Positions 1 to 8,350 of a stretch of DNA of 40,647 nt are shown piece by piece. The number at the start of each line of letters is the position of its first letter. The stretch's first letter is position 1. A program made the translations under genes and the position numbers. The notes under the pieces were generated by a model that saw only the letters and a program-made list of their open reading frames with translations, searched no databases and was not told the DNA's origin. Location: assembly GCA_030167865.1 (NCBI GenBank), contig JALAGF010001235.1:1-40647 (forward strand), given 5' to 3'. This stretch comes from Craspedostauros australis (lineage: Eukaryota).

Positions 1-130
1 ATAATGACGAGAACACCCAAAACACAAACAAACGATAACACTAGTAAAGCAAAAAATCCAAACAAAAATTCTGACACCAGTACAACTTCTACGGAATCCG
101 CAAGTAGGCAACAGCCGCGAAAGATCGACC

Positions 131-2551
131 ATGACGTCAACAAACGGCACAAGTTTGAAGCAAACTTCCAACGATACGGAGCGCCCAATGAACCAAGGCA
201 CACCATCAGGAGAAACAGGAGGACCCAAGCCACCTCCGGAGCCAGATCCGAAGGTTGTGGCAGCCGAAATGATGGAGAAACAGAACAGAATCGCCATCCA
301 GTGGTACGAACCGGAAACAACACGATGGAAAAAACTTCCAAAGCAGGTGGCGGAAAACGCCAAAGCCATCAGGGCTACAGACGTCTATGACGAAGGACCA
401 TCCTCACTCCATGACAGAGCCAAACGAATGTACATCCAGAAAGCGGAGTGGGAAGGCAAGGACACATCTACAGCATCGTCCCACATGCCCAGCACACAGG
501 AGCTCTCGGAGTTTTTCCAGAAGGTGATGGACGGGCGAACCAACAAATTCGGAACCCACCGAGTGGCACAAGATGCTCCCCAACGTGTGAAAATCAAGCA
601 ACTGGTGGCAGACCTATCCAAGACGGACCCAGCTGAGTGCTTTAAGATGGAAATGCACGTGGACAACAAATCCATGGCAAGGAACCAAATGACGTTGGCA
701 TGGGCAGCAGCCGTACGGTACATGGGATGCCAATACTCCGATGTAATCATGGCAGCAGACGCATCCTCTGACAGCGACGATGACATGGATGGAATCCAGT
801 TGGAATCAATCCTCGTCAAACGCACCCGACAGACATCGTTAACACAACACGTGGTCAAAAAGCCTCCAAAAACCAAAGTCAGAGTAGTGGCACCAGATGG
901 ATCCGTTGAGGAAACTCCGGAAGCCCAGAAACCAGGCGACGACGCACCATGGATCAGAGTACAGGCATCCTCAACCCAAATGATGGCAACCCCCAAACGA
1001 AAATTCAACGAACGCTTCGACCTCCGACTGGCCATCCCAAAAAATTCATCGACGCCAATCCGAGACTTCCAATCCAGATTCGAATTGTGGTTTGACCACG
1101 CGCTAACGATAGAGCCCAAGCTCGTCATATACCCCTGGTACAAGCGGCACAAGTCGGCAGGCACCATTTCCGAGAGCGAGCCAATCCCAACGAACTGGGA
1201 CGAGCTCAAGAAGTTCGTGTGCAGGGCCAAACCTACAGCCAAGGAGACGGACGTATACATGCAGCTAAAGCTGGGTGGTAGCCAGAACCTCAACGCACTG
1301 ACAAGTCGCCGAGCAGAAATGGAAGGAGGATATGCCACGGGAGAGTACGCGTACATCAGAGACCTAAAGGACGCGGAGAACATCACGGATGTCGGATTCC
1401 TAGCCTACTCAGGAAACTTCACCAACGCAAAACAGACAATCGGAGTTATCAACGGCCTGCTGGAAAAGATTCAGCCCAAACTGAAAGTAGGAGGCAGGAC
1501 CAAATTCCTGGGGCAGGTGTCGGACGAAACAAGAGATGAGCACAAAAAGAAAGGAGGCACGTGGATCAACACGCCGTGGGTCGCCCTACACCTTCACGCA
1601 AACACCACTCATGCACGGAAAGTGGCAAAGGCGCTGGGCAAAGTGTTCAACATGAAGGGCGCGGACCGAGGAGGGCTGAACTATAGGTTTGTCCCAAATC
1701 CGGGCACTGCCACCATCGGCGCCGACACAGCCGCAAAGCTCAGAAAGATGACTCGCAAGCACCAACGCTACGTTCGGCAGCTCAAGCGCTTTCGGCTCGA
1801 CGGTGACGTCGCTCTCGACACCCCCGACGGGGACACGAAAACCACCACCCTTCGCGAATTCCTGAGCAATCAGCGCACACCGGAAGGGAATCCATTCATC
1901 CACGACGTCAGCACCACCCATATGGTGGACGGAGACGAAGACGCGCTCAGCATAGTAGCGTTCGACGACCGCTACGACCAGGCAAAGAACATCCTCAATT
2001 CCATCGCCATCCGGTGCAGAACGGAAATCAATTCATCCACCGACGATTGGTTCGACGACAACATTCTGGAGATGAGTGCTGGATACGCCAGAGACGCAAC
2101 GGGCAAAGGGTACGAGGACGTGGAGTTCGAAGGAGAGCTGGACTTCATAATGGATGAGGAGATGGGACCAGTGGAGATCGAAGGGATGGAAGAAATAGAA
2201 GACGATTCCCTCCCAGGATCCCCCGTGGCGAAAAAACCAAGACTGGAAGACGAGTCATTCCAAACGTTCAGATCCGAATGCGGAAAATCCCGCGCGTCCA
2301 CCATCTACAGCATACCAGAGTCCACCGATGAAAGTGAGGAAATGAGGAAGGACGAGCTAGCAACAGTCATGAGACAAGCACGAGAAGCGCAGCAAGCGGA
2401 GACCAACAGACAAAAACTGGAGGAACAACGACAAGAACTCATCGAGAAAAACCGCATCATCGAGGAGTTACGGGCCAAACATGCAGAGGTAGAGCCCAAC
2501 CACTCCTTGACCCCCGGCTCAAGCACGGCAGGGGGCCAATCCACTGATTAA
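131..2551 (+). CDS. LINE ORF1 protein (806 aa), presumed RNA-binding/chaperone; acidic region and C-terminal coiled coil
   Basis: Long ATG-initiated ORF directly upstream of and overlapping the RT ORF, with the same A-rich bias. It has an NLS-like PVAKKPRLE and a coiled-coil-like tail (QAETNRQKLEEQRQELIEKNRIIEELRAK). Confidence 0.85.
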   Translation: MTSTNGTSLKQTSNDTERPMNQGTPSGETGGPKPPPEPDPKVVAAEMMEKQNRIAIQWYEPETTRWKKLPKQVAENAKAIRATDVYDEGPSSLHDRAKRMYIQKAEWEGKDTSTASSHMPSTQELSEFFQKVMDGRTNKFGTHRVAQDAPQRVKIKQLVADLSKTDPAECFKMEMHVDNKSMARNQMTLAWAAAVRYMGCQYSDVIMAADASSDSDDDMDGIQLESILVKRTRQTSLTQHVVKKPPKTKVRVVAPDGSVEETPEAQKPGDDAPWIRVQASSTQMMATPKRKFNERFDLRLAIPKNSSTPIRDFQSRFELWFDHALTIEPKLVIYPWYKRHKSAGTISESEPIPTNWDELKKFVCRAKPTAKETDVYMQLKLGGSQNLNALTSRRAEMEGGYATGEYAYIRDLKDAENITDVGFLAYSGNFTNAKQTIGVINGLLEKIQPKLKVGGRTKFLGQVSDETRDEHKKKGGTWINTPWVALHLHANTTHARKVAKALGKVFNMKGADRGGLNYRFVPNPGTATIGADTAAKLRKMTRKHQRYVRQLKRFRLDGDVALDTPDGDTKTTTLREFLSNQRTPEGNPFIHDVSTTHMVDGDEDALSIVAFDDRYDQAKNILNSIAIRCRTEINSSTDDWFDDNILEMSAGYARDATGKGYEDVEFEGELDFIMDEEMGPVEIEGMEEIEDDSLPGSPVAKKPRLEDESFQTFRSECGKSRASTIYSIPESTDESEEMRKDELATVMRQAREAQQAETNRQKLEEQRQELIEKNRIIEELRAKHAEVEPNHSLTPGSSTAGGQSTD

Positions 2552-5500
2552 CGTTGGGCTGGAGGAACGGGAAGCATCAACACCCACCTCCGCAAGCCTA
2601 ACGGATGCATCAGGGGAGGACGCGCGTCGGAATGAGCGCGACCCCCAGGTCTCCTACTGGGGAGACAACCCTCGCGACAAAGGGCACCACACATTACGCA
2701 TAGGTGCTCTCAACGTGGGCTGTCTACCCGAAGAGACCGGCCATTGGAAGAACAGAGACGCATGGGAGTGGACTAAACAACTGAAGCTCGACGTGGTTCT
2801 GCTCTCCGAGATTGGCTTGAACTGGTCCAAGGTCGCGAAACGCCACTCGTGGCACTCGCGCATCAAAGGCCAGTTCAGCTCGTGGCGCCAAAACATGGCA
2901 CACAACCAACAGGAAAAAATGGGCCCGGTAAGGCAATGGGGAGGGACAGGATGCTTGCTCATCAACAACATAGCGGGAAGGCACATACTCTCCCACGAGG
3001 ACCCAAGGAAATTAGGCAGATGGGCCAGCATGACACTTCGAGGAAAAGACGACAAAGCCGTGAGAGTGGTCAGCGTCTACATCCCAACGTCATCCGGAAA
3101 AGGGCCGCGCACGGTAGCAAATCAGCACGCAACCTGGTTGGAGTCTGAAGGGATCACAACGGCGCCCATTGCAATGCTCATACAAGACCTAGAAGAGGAG
3201 ATACACAAATGGCACGAAGCGGGAGAAACAATCATCATTGGTGGCGACATCAACATGCAAGTCACAAACTCGCAGATGGCAACGATGCTACAACGACAAG
3301 GGCTGAAGGAAACAATACTCAGCAAACATCCGAGCCAAGCACCGGTGTCCACCCAAATACGATCGGAATCGGAAAGAGTGATAGACAGCATCTGGGTGTC
3401 CGAATCAGTGATGGTACAACGAGCGGGTTACAGTCAATTCGGAAGCTGGGACCACCGCACAGCCTGGATAGAAATATCCAGTGAATCCATCTTCGGCACA
3501 CGCAGCCGACCGACACAGAAGTTCGAAGGCAGACGATTGCAGACCAACAAGCCAGCCACGCTGAAAAGATATCAGAAAGCAGTGACAGCCGGCTATGAAG
3601 ACGCCAAGCTCACACAGCGGTCGGCGGCAGTGTTGGCAGCAGTGCGAAGGAGTGAAGCAATGACGGACGCTATTATCGCGGAGATCGAGGACATCGACAC
3701 GGAGCGCTCGAGAATCGTGACGCAGGCCGAACGGGGATCCAGACGAGTGTTCGCGGGCAGAGTGCCATACTCCCCGAAAGCGAAAAAGGCGGCGATGGAG
3801 AAAAAGTTCTGGGAGATAGCGTGGAAGCGACGGCAGGGATCAAGGGTCAGTGCCAGATGGTATGACCGTGCCAAAAAAGCAGCAGGCGTACGCCAACCAA
3901 CGGCACACCTCACTCTGGACGACATCCAACGGAAAAGAAAAGAAGCCCATGAGCACTGGAAACGAATCAAACGCGAAGCTCTCACACACAGACGGACATT
4001 CCTCGAACAACGAGCGGACGAAATGGCGGAGGCAGGCAACACACCCGCCAGCACCGCACTCGCCATCCTCATCACAAGAGAGGAGACAGCGGAGACCTTC
4101 AGGTCCATCAAACGCGCAATACAAGGAGACTCTAGCGGAAGCAAGGTCACGGCAGTCATCGCCAAGGATGGAAATGGGGAAGAACGCACATTCAGCAAAG
4201 AGCAGGAAGTCATCGCCCAGTGCATGAAAGCCAACGAACAGAAGTATAGGCAAGCATATGTCACGCCGATGCAATCCGACGGGTTCAAGCGCAGCTTGGA
4301 GCAAGGAGGCATCAGATTCGCAGCACGTCGGCACGGAAACTCCATGGACCAGTACTCCATGGCATTGCTGGAGCAGCTGCACGCAACCAGCCAGTCACCA
4401 TTGTGGAGCGATATCCGGTTTGAGATTACCACCAAGGAGCACCAGCAAGCTTGGGCGAAAGCTCGAGAGCGCACGGCATCAGGGCCATCAGGTCTGCACT
4501 TCGGCATGTGGAAGGCCAACGCCAAAATCCCCGAGGTCGCAACGGCTGATGCAGCCATGCGCGAGGTCTCGCTAAGGTCAGGGTACAACCTGCAAAGGTG
4601 GCTCCGCTGCTCAGACATCACGCTGCTGAAAGAAGAAGGCAACTACAGAGTTGAAAGGTTCCGTACCATCAGCTTAGTAGAAGGAGACTTCAATGCCAAC
4701 CTCAAAAAGATAGGGCGGGAAATGATGAGCCACGCAGAAGCCCACGGCCTACTACCCGAAGAGCAATACGGAAGTCGGAAGCAGCGCAGCGCGGCGGAAG
4801 TAAGCCTGAACAACCGGCTCACAAGCGACATAATCCGGAGCACAGGGTGCACAAGCTTCGTGTGCTCGAATGACGCGAAAAGTTGCTACGACCGAATGGC
4901 ACACGTACCATTGCAACTCAGCATGCGTAGCATCGGAGTGCCACCAGTCGTAAGCACGAGCGTGGTAGCAGCAGTGGAGGCGATGAAGCATCACGTGCTA
5001 ACAGGTTACGGATTGTCACGAACCACCTATCCGAAAAGAGAGCCCAAACTTCAAGGACTACTGCAAGGACTGGGAATATCGCCAGCCGGATGGGTCGCCA
5101 TGAGCTCACCATTGATGAAGACCATGGCCGAAAGAGGCTACGGATTCACCACACGACACCCCGTGACCAACGAGACGGTCCAGCTAGTGTGCTTCTCCTT
5201 CGTCGACGACACAGACATTATCCACACCATACAGACGGACCCGACCAACAACGAGGAATGCATAAAGGAGATACAACGGGTGGTCGACACGTGGGAAGGT
5301 ATGCTCAGAGCCACAGGCGGTGCCCTCGAGCCAAAAAAGAGCTACTGGTACCTGCTAGCATTCAAATGGGACGGCAAGGAATGGGCGTACTGCGATGAGG
5401 AAGAAATCCCAGGGAGCATCAGCATCAGGCAGCCGGACAGCAACGAAAGGTCGACTTTACTTCGCCTGTCAGCCAGCCAGTCAAGGAAAGCGCTTGGAGT

Positions 5501-8195
5501 CATGGTCCGTCACGACGGAGATCAGCAAGACAACGTGCGGATGTACACCCAAAAAGCCCGCAAGTGGGCGGACGCAGTTCGACGGGGAGGTCTTCTCCGA
5601 GGACAGGCGAAAGTAGCCCTACACTCCACCATTATGAAGACTCTGGAATATCCGCTCGCAAGCGCCACGTTCTCCAAGGAGGAATCCGAAGGCGTAATGA
5701 GGCCAATGCTTCAATCAGCGTTGCCTGCAATGGGGATACAACGAAACGTGTCGCGAGCCCTGGTGTTCGGGCCACGGAAGACCATCGGCCTCGGGATCCC
5801 GCACCTGTATTACACTCAGATCACTCGCCATATCGAGGAAATCGTCAAGCACTGGGGACAACCTACGATCACCGGAAAGCTAATGCGCAATGCGCTGAGC
5901 ATTCTGGAGTTGCAAGCGGGAGTGGACCAGGTGTTCACACGGAAGCATTGCCAATGGAAAGGGGTACTGTCTCCATCCTGGATGCAATCAGTATGGACAG
6001 AGCTAAATCACGTGAGCGTCAAGCTCCAGTTCGAGACGGAGTCAATACCGAAGCCCAGAGAAGGCGACTCGTTCATCATGGAACGGGTGCTTGCGCTCGA
6101 CCTACCCAAGGCTTCGCTCCAAGCAGTCAACCAATGCCGCATTGCGAAGAAAGTGCTATGGGTTTCCGATATAACGAATGTACGCGGAGACGAGGTCCTA
6201 GCCGAGTCTACTTCTCCTGGGCCAATACCACTGCGCCGGAGCCGGCTGCAATGGCCCCCGGTAGGAGAGCCCACGCCCACACAGTGGAAGGAATGGAAGA
6301 AGGCGATCGACCGGTGTTACCCGCCCACACGAGGGCAGACAAGAACGCTGGCGAAGTCCCTGGGTCAATGGCGCAGCTACAGCTCCCAGGTGCCCCAATT
6401 CCGGTATGACCCCGGAGCAGACAGAGTGACGGCGGCAGGCCAAGACGCAATATATTACAGGCGCATCCCTCGACGTGGACGCAAGAAAGAATACACCGAA
6501 ACCAGAGGCAGGACGACGCACGGCACGGGACTGGTGGACGGATACCACAGCGGACCCAACATCACGATCACGGCATCGGCGCCAGGCATACCAGGCATGC
6601 CCCAGCCGGCAGCGCTTAACCTACAAGAGACCATCAGGCAACTGCCAGAATCCTCGGCGTGGGCGATAGCGGCATGGGAGATGGAAGGAGAGGAAGCAAT
6701 ATTGGGAGAAGCCATCCGCGACGGCACGCTCACCGCTTGCAGTGACGGGTCCGTCGCCGACGGGCAAGGCGCAGCAGGCGCGGTCGTCACCGGGAAGTCT
6801 CGAGGCCAGACAACCAAGATCTGGGTGACGTGCGGGACACCTCGCAGCAGCGACACCATGCAGTCGCACCGGGCGGAGCTGTCCGGGCTGTACAGTCTCA
6901 TGGTAATGCTACAAAGCATATGCACCTCCCAGCGAATCCTCGCCGGAAAAGCCACCGTAGGATGCGACAACGTGGGAGCCCTCAAGGCTCTGGACACCGA
7001 GTGGTACATGACCGCCAAAGCGACCGACGCAGATCTCATGAGGGCCACCAGGCACAAAATGCGACGACTACCGATAGAGATCGTCGGAAGACACGTGAAG
7101 GGACACCAAGACGACGGCAAGCCATGGCACGAACTGGACGACTGGGCGAGAATGAACGTGGAAGCTGACAGACTGGCCGGGGCGCAACGACGATCCAACC
7201 AGGGAGCCACGCCTTATGATGGGATCATCGAAGGGGAGGAAGTATGCCTCTTCAGGCATATGAAGATAACCTCGGTGCGCTACGCACATATAGCCGAGGA
7301 AGGTCTGGCCGCATCAACCTTCGAGATCCTACGCAAACGGAAAGTGGTACACCAGGCAGCGGAAGTCAGTTGGCCGGTGGTAAGCAGGGCAATCAAGGGT
7401 CTGGATCACGCCAGCGCGGCGCTGACGTTCAAGCTGGTCGCAGGGGAAGCAGCCGTGGGACGACGCATGAAGCAGTGGGGGCTCCGAGAATCCAGCCAAT
7501 GCCCCAGTTGTGGTGCGGAAGAGACTTCGAAGCACATCTGGGAATGCCCCGCGGAGCACCGGAAGGAGGCGACGAAGAAGCACCTACTCGGAATCCGGAT
7601 GTGGATGGCGAAGTACCCGACGAGTCCACAAGTCACGGCGGCAATGACAGCGATGTTGAAAAGCCAGTTCGCCGGAGCGGCCTACCTGCAATCGACTAGC
7701 GTGCGAGGCTCAACGGCGGAAGCAGTGGAGCAGCAACGACAGATAGGCCAAATCTCCCTCTCGCGAGGAATGATCGGGTCCAAGTGGGTGAGCATACAGA
7801 CAGACTTCCTGGTGAGTCAGGGATCGCGACGATCGCCCCTAACGTGGGGGGCAGAGCTGGCCCGACGCGTATGGAAAGTAGCGTGGGAGCAATGGCGGCT
7901 TCGAAATCATGACATGTTTCACGAAGCCGAGTCAGCTGAGCAAGATATGATGGAGGCCATGCGAGCCAGGTCGGAAGATCTGGCCGGCAAGCTCCAAGAC
8001 AACAATATTGCGCACAAGCGCATCCGCAAGTCTTACCCAGGAAGGGACGCCGACGCAGCAAGCGTAGCCCTGTGGATGGAGCAGGCCGCAAGGCTACTCC
8101 ATACCCGCATGGCCGCCGGACCACTAGCCAAGTGGATGCAAGTCCACTCGCGCACAGGTTTCCAAATTCGACGTCCGACAGAAGCACCCAAGTGA
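2511..8195 (+). CDS. LINE ORF2 polyprotein: apurinic-like endonuclease, reverse transcriptase, RNase H, C-terminal CCHC-type zinc finger (true start codon unresolved)
   Basis: Frame is open from 2511 (after TGA 2508-2510) to TGA 8193-8195. APE motifs: LRIGALNVG (2694-2720), LLSE, SVYIP, GGDIN, IDSIW, DHR. RT motifs: FRTISL, EQYGSR, SNDAKSCYD, LLQGLGISP, FVDD (5199-5210). RNase H motifs: SDGS (6741-), RAEL, GCDN, HVKGH, NVEAD (7155-). Zinc finger: CPSC..HIWEC (7500-7547). Confidence 0.95.
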   Translation, partial: PPAQARQGANPLINVGLEEREASTPTSASLTDASGEDARRNERDPQVSYWGDNPRDKGHHTLRIGALNVGCLPEETGHWKNRDAWEWTKQLKLDVVLLSEIGLNWSKVAKRHSWHSRIKGQFSSWRQNMAHNQQEKMGPVRQWGGTGCLLINNIAGRHILSHEDPRKLGRWASMTLRGKDDKAVRVVSVYIPTSSGKGPRTVANQHATWLESEGITTAPIAMLIQDLEEEIHKWHEAGETIIIGGDINMQVTNSQMATMLQRQGLKETILSKHPSQAPVSTQIRSESERVIDSIWVSESVMVQRAGYSQFGSWDHRTAWIEISSESIFGTRSRPTQKFEGRRLQTNKPATLKRYQKAVTAGYEDAKLTQRSAAVLAAVRRSEAMTDAIIAEIEDIDTERSRIVTQAERGSRRVFAGRVPYSPKAKKAAMEKKFWEIAWKRRQGSRVSARWYDRAKKAAGVRQPTAHLTLDDIQRKRKEAHEHWKRIKREALTHRRTFLEQRADEMAEAGNTPASTALAILITREETAETFRSIKRAIQGDSSGSKVTAVIAKDGNGEERTFSKEQEVIAQCMKANEQKYRQAYVTPMQSDGFKRSLEQGGIRFAARRHGNSMDQYSMALLEQLHATSQSPLWSDIRFEITTKEHQQAWAKARERTASGPSGLHFGMWKANAKIPEVATADAAMREVSLRSGYNLQRWLRCSDITLLKEEGNYRVERFRTISLVEGDFNANLKKIGREMMSHAEAHGLLPEEQYGSRKQRSAAEVSLNNRLTSDIIRSTGCTSFVCSNDAKSCYDRMAHVPLQLSMRSIGVPPVVSTSVVAAVEAMKHHVLTGYGLSRTTYPKREPKLQGLLQGLGISPAGWVAMSSPLMKTMAERGYGFTTRHPVTNETVQLVCFSFVDDTDIIHTIQTDPTNNEECIKEIQRVVDTWEGMLRATGGALEPKKSYWYLLAFKWDGKEWAYCDEEEIPGSISIRQPDSNERSTLLRLSASQSRKALGVMVRHDGDQQDNVRMYTQKARKWADAVRRGGLLRGQAKVALHSTIMKTLEYPLASATFSKEESEGVMRPMLQSALPAMGIQRNVSRALVFGPRKTIGLGIPHLYYTQITRHIEEIVKHWGQPTITGKLMRNALSILELQAGVDQVFTRKHCQWKGVLSPSWMQSVWTELNHVSVKLQFETESIPKPREGDSFIMERVLALDLPKASLQAVNQCRIAKKVLWVSDITNVRGDEVLAESTSPGPIPLRRSRLQWPPVGEPTPTQWKEWKKAIDRCYPPTRGQTRTLAKSLGQWRSYSSQVPQFRYDPGADRVTAAGQDAIYYRRIPRRGRKKEYTETRGRTTHGTGLVDGYHSGPNITITASAPGIPGMPQPAALNLQETIRQLPESSAWAIAAWEMEGEEAILGEAIRDGTLTACSDGSVADGQGAAGAVVTGKSRGQTTKIWVTCGTPRSSDTMQSHRAELSGLYSLMVMLQSICTSQRILAGKATVGCDNVGALKALDTEWYMTAKATDADLMRATRHKMRRLPIEIVGRHVKGHQDDGKPWHELDDWARMNVEADRLAGAQRRSNQGATPYDGIIEGEEVCLFRHMKITSVRYAHIAEEGLAASTFEILRKRKVVHQAAEVSWPVVSRAIKGLDHASAALTFKLVAGEAAVGRRMKQWGLRESSQCPSCGAEETSKHIWECPAEHRKEATKKHLLGIRMWMAKYPTSPQVTAAMTAMLKSQFAGAAYLQSTSVRGSTAEAVEQQRQIGQISLSRGMIGSKWVSIQTDFLVSQGSRRSPLTWGAELARRVWKVAWEQWRLRNHDMFHEAESAEQDMMEAMRARSEDLAGKLQDNNIAHKRIRKSYPGRDADAASVALWMEQAARLLHTRMAAGPLAKWMQVHSRTGFQIRRPTEAPK

Positions 8196-8253
8196 GAATA
8201 CCACGCAAGAACACCGACAGAGTCCAATACACATACCTCAGATTCCGTACCCC

Positions 8254-8328
8254 CTCCATGTGTTCCACATGGAGTTGAAAGGAGGCGGAGAAAAGCGTCG
8301 CCGACGCAGTCGCAGCATAAGACCGACT
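8254..8328 (+). other. Stem-loops in the LINE 3' UTR
   Basis: Perfect 9-bp stem CTCCATGTG-ttc-CACATGGAG (8254-8274), then GCGTC-gcc-GACGC (8295-8307) and AGTCG...CGACT (8308-8328). Confidence 0.6.
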
Positions 8329-8338
8329 AATCCTTGAG

Positions 8339-8350
8339 TTATTTATTTAT
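8339..8350 (+). repeat. (TTAT)3 3' tail of the LINE
   Basis: TTATTTATTTAT lies about 145 nt after the ORF2 stop, where the A-rich LINE strand switches to the antisense strand of the copia ORF. Confidence 0.7.

Larger units (their letters stand above)
1..8350 (+). mobile_element. Non-LTR retrotransposon (LINE), two ORFs, APE-RT-RNase H type (Ambal-like diatom clade); 5' end at or beyond the window start
   Basis: ORF1 (806 aa) is followed by a stop-free ORF2 of about 1890 codons with APE, RT, RNase H and Cys/His motifs. The sense strand is A-rich, and a short structured 3' UTR ends in (TTAT)3 at 8339-8350. The clade is inferred from domain order and host type only. Confidence 0.93.

Noticed and set aside
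385-7210. Long antisense or alternate-frame ORFs within the LINE (385-1386, 3593-4642, 5564-6409, 6455-7210) and the 4-390 ORF
   Set aside because: They overlap well-supported ORF1/ORF2, have no motifs and are explained by codon and strand bias.
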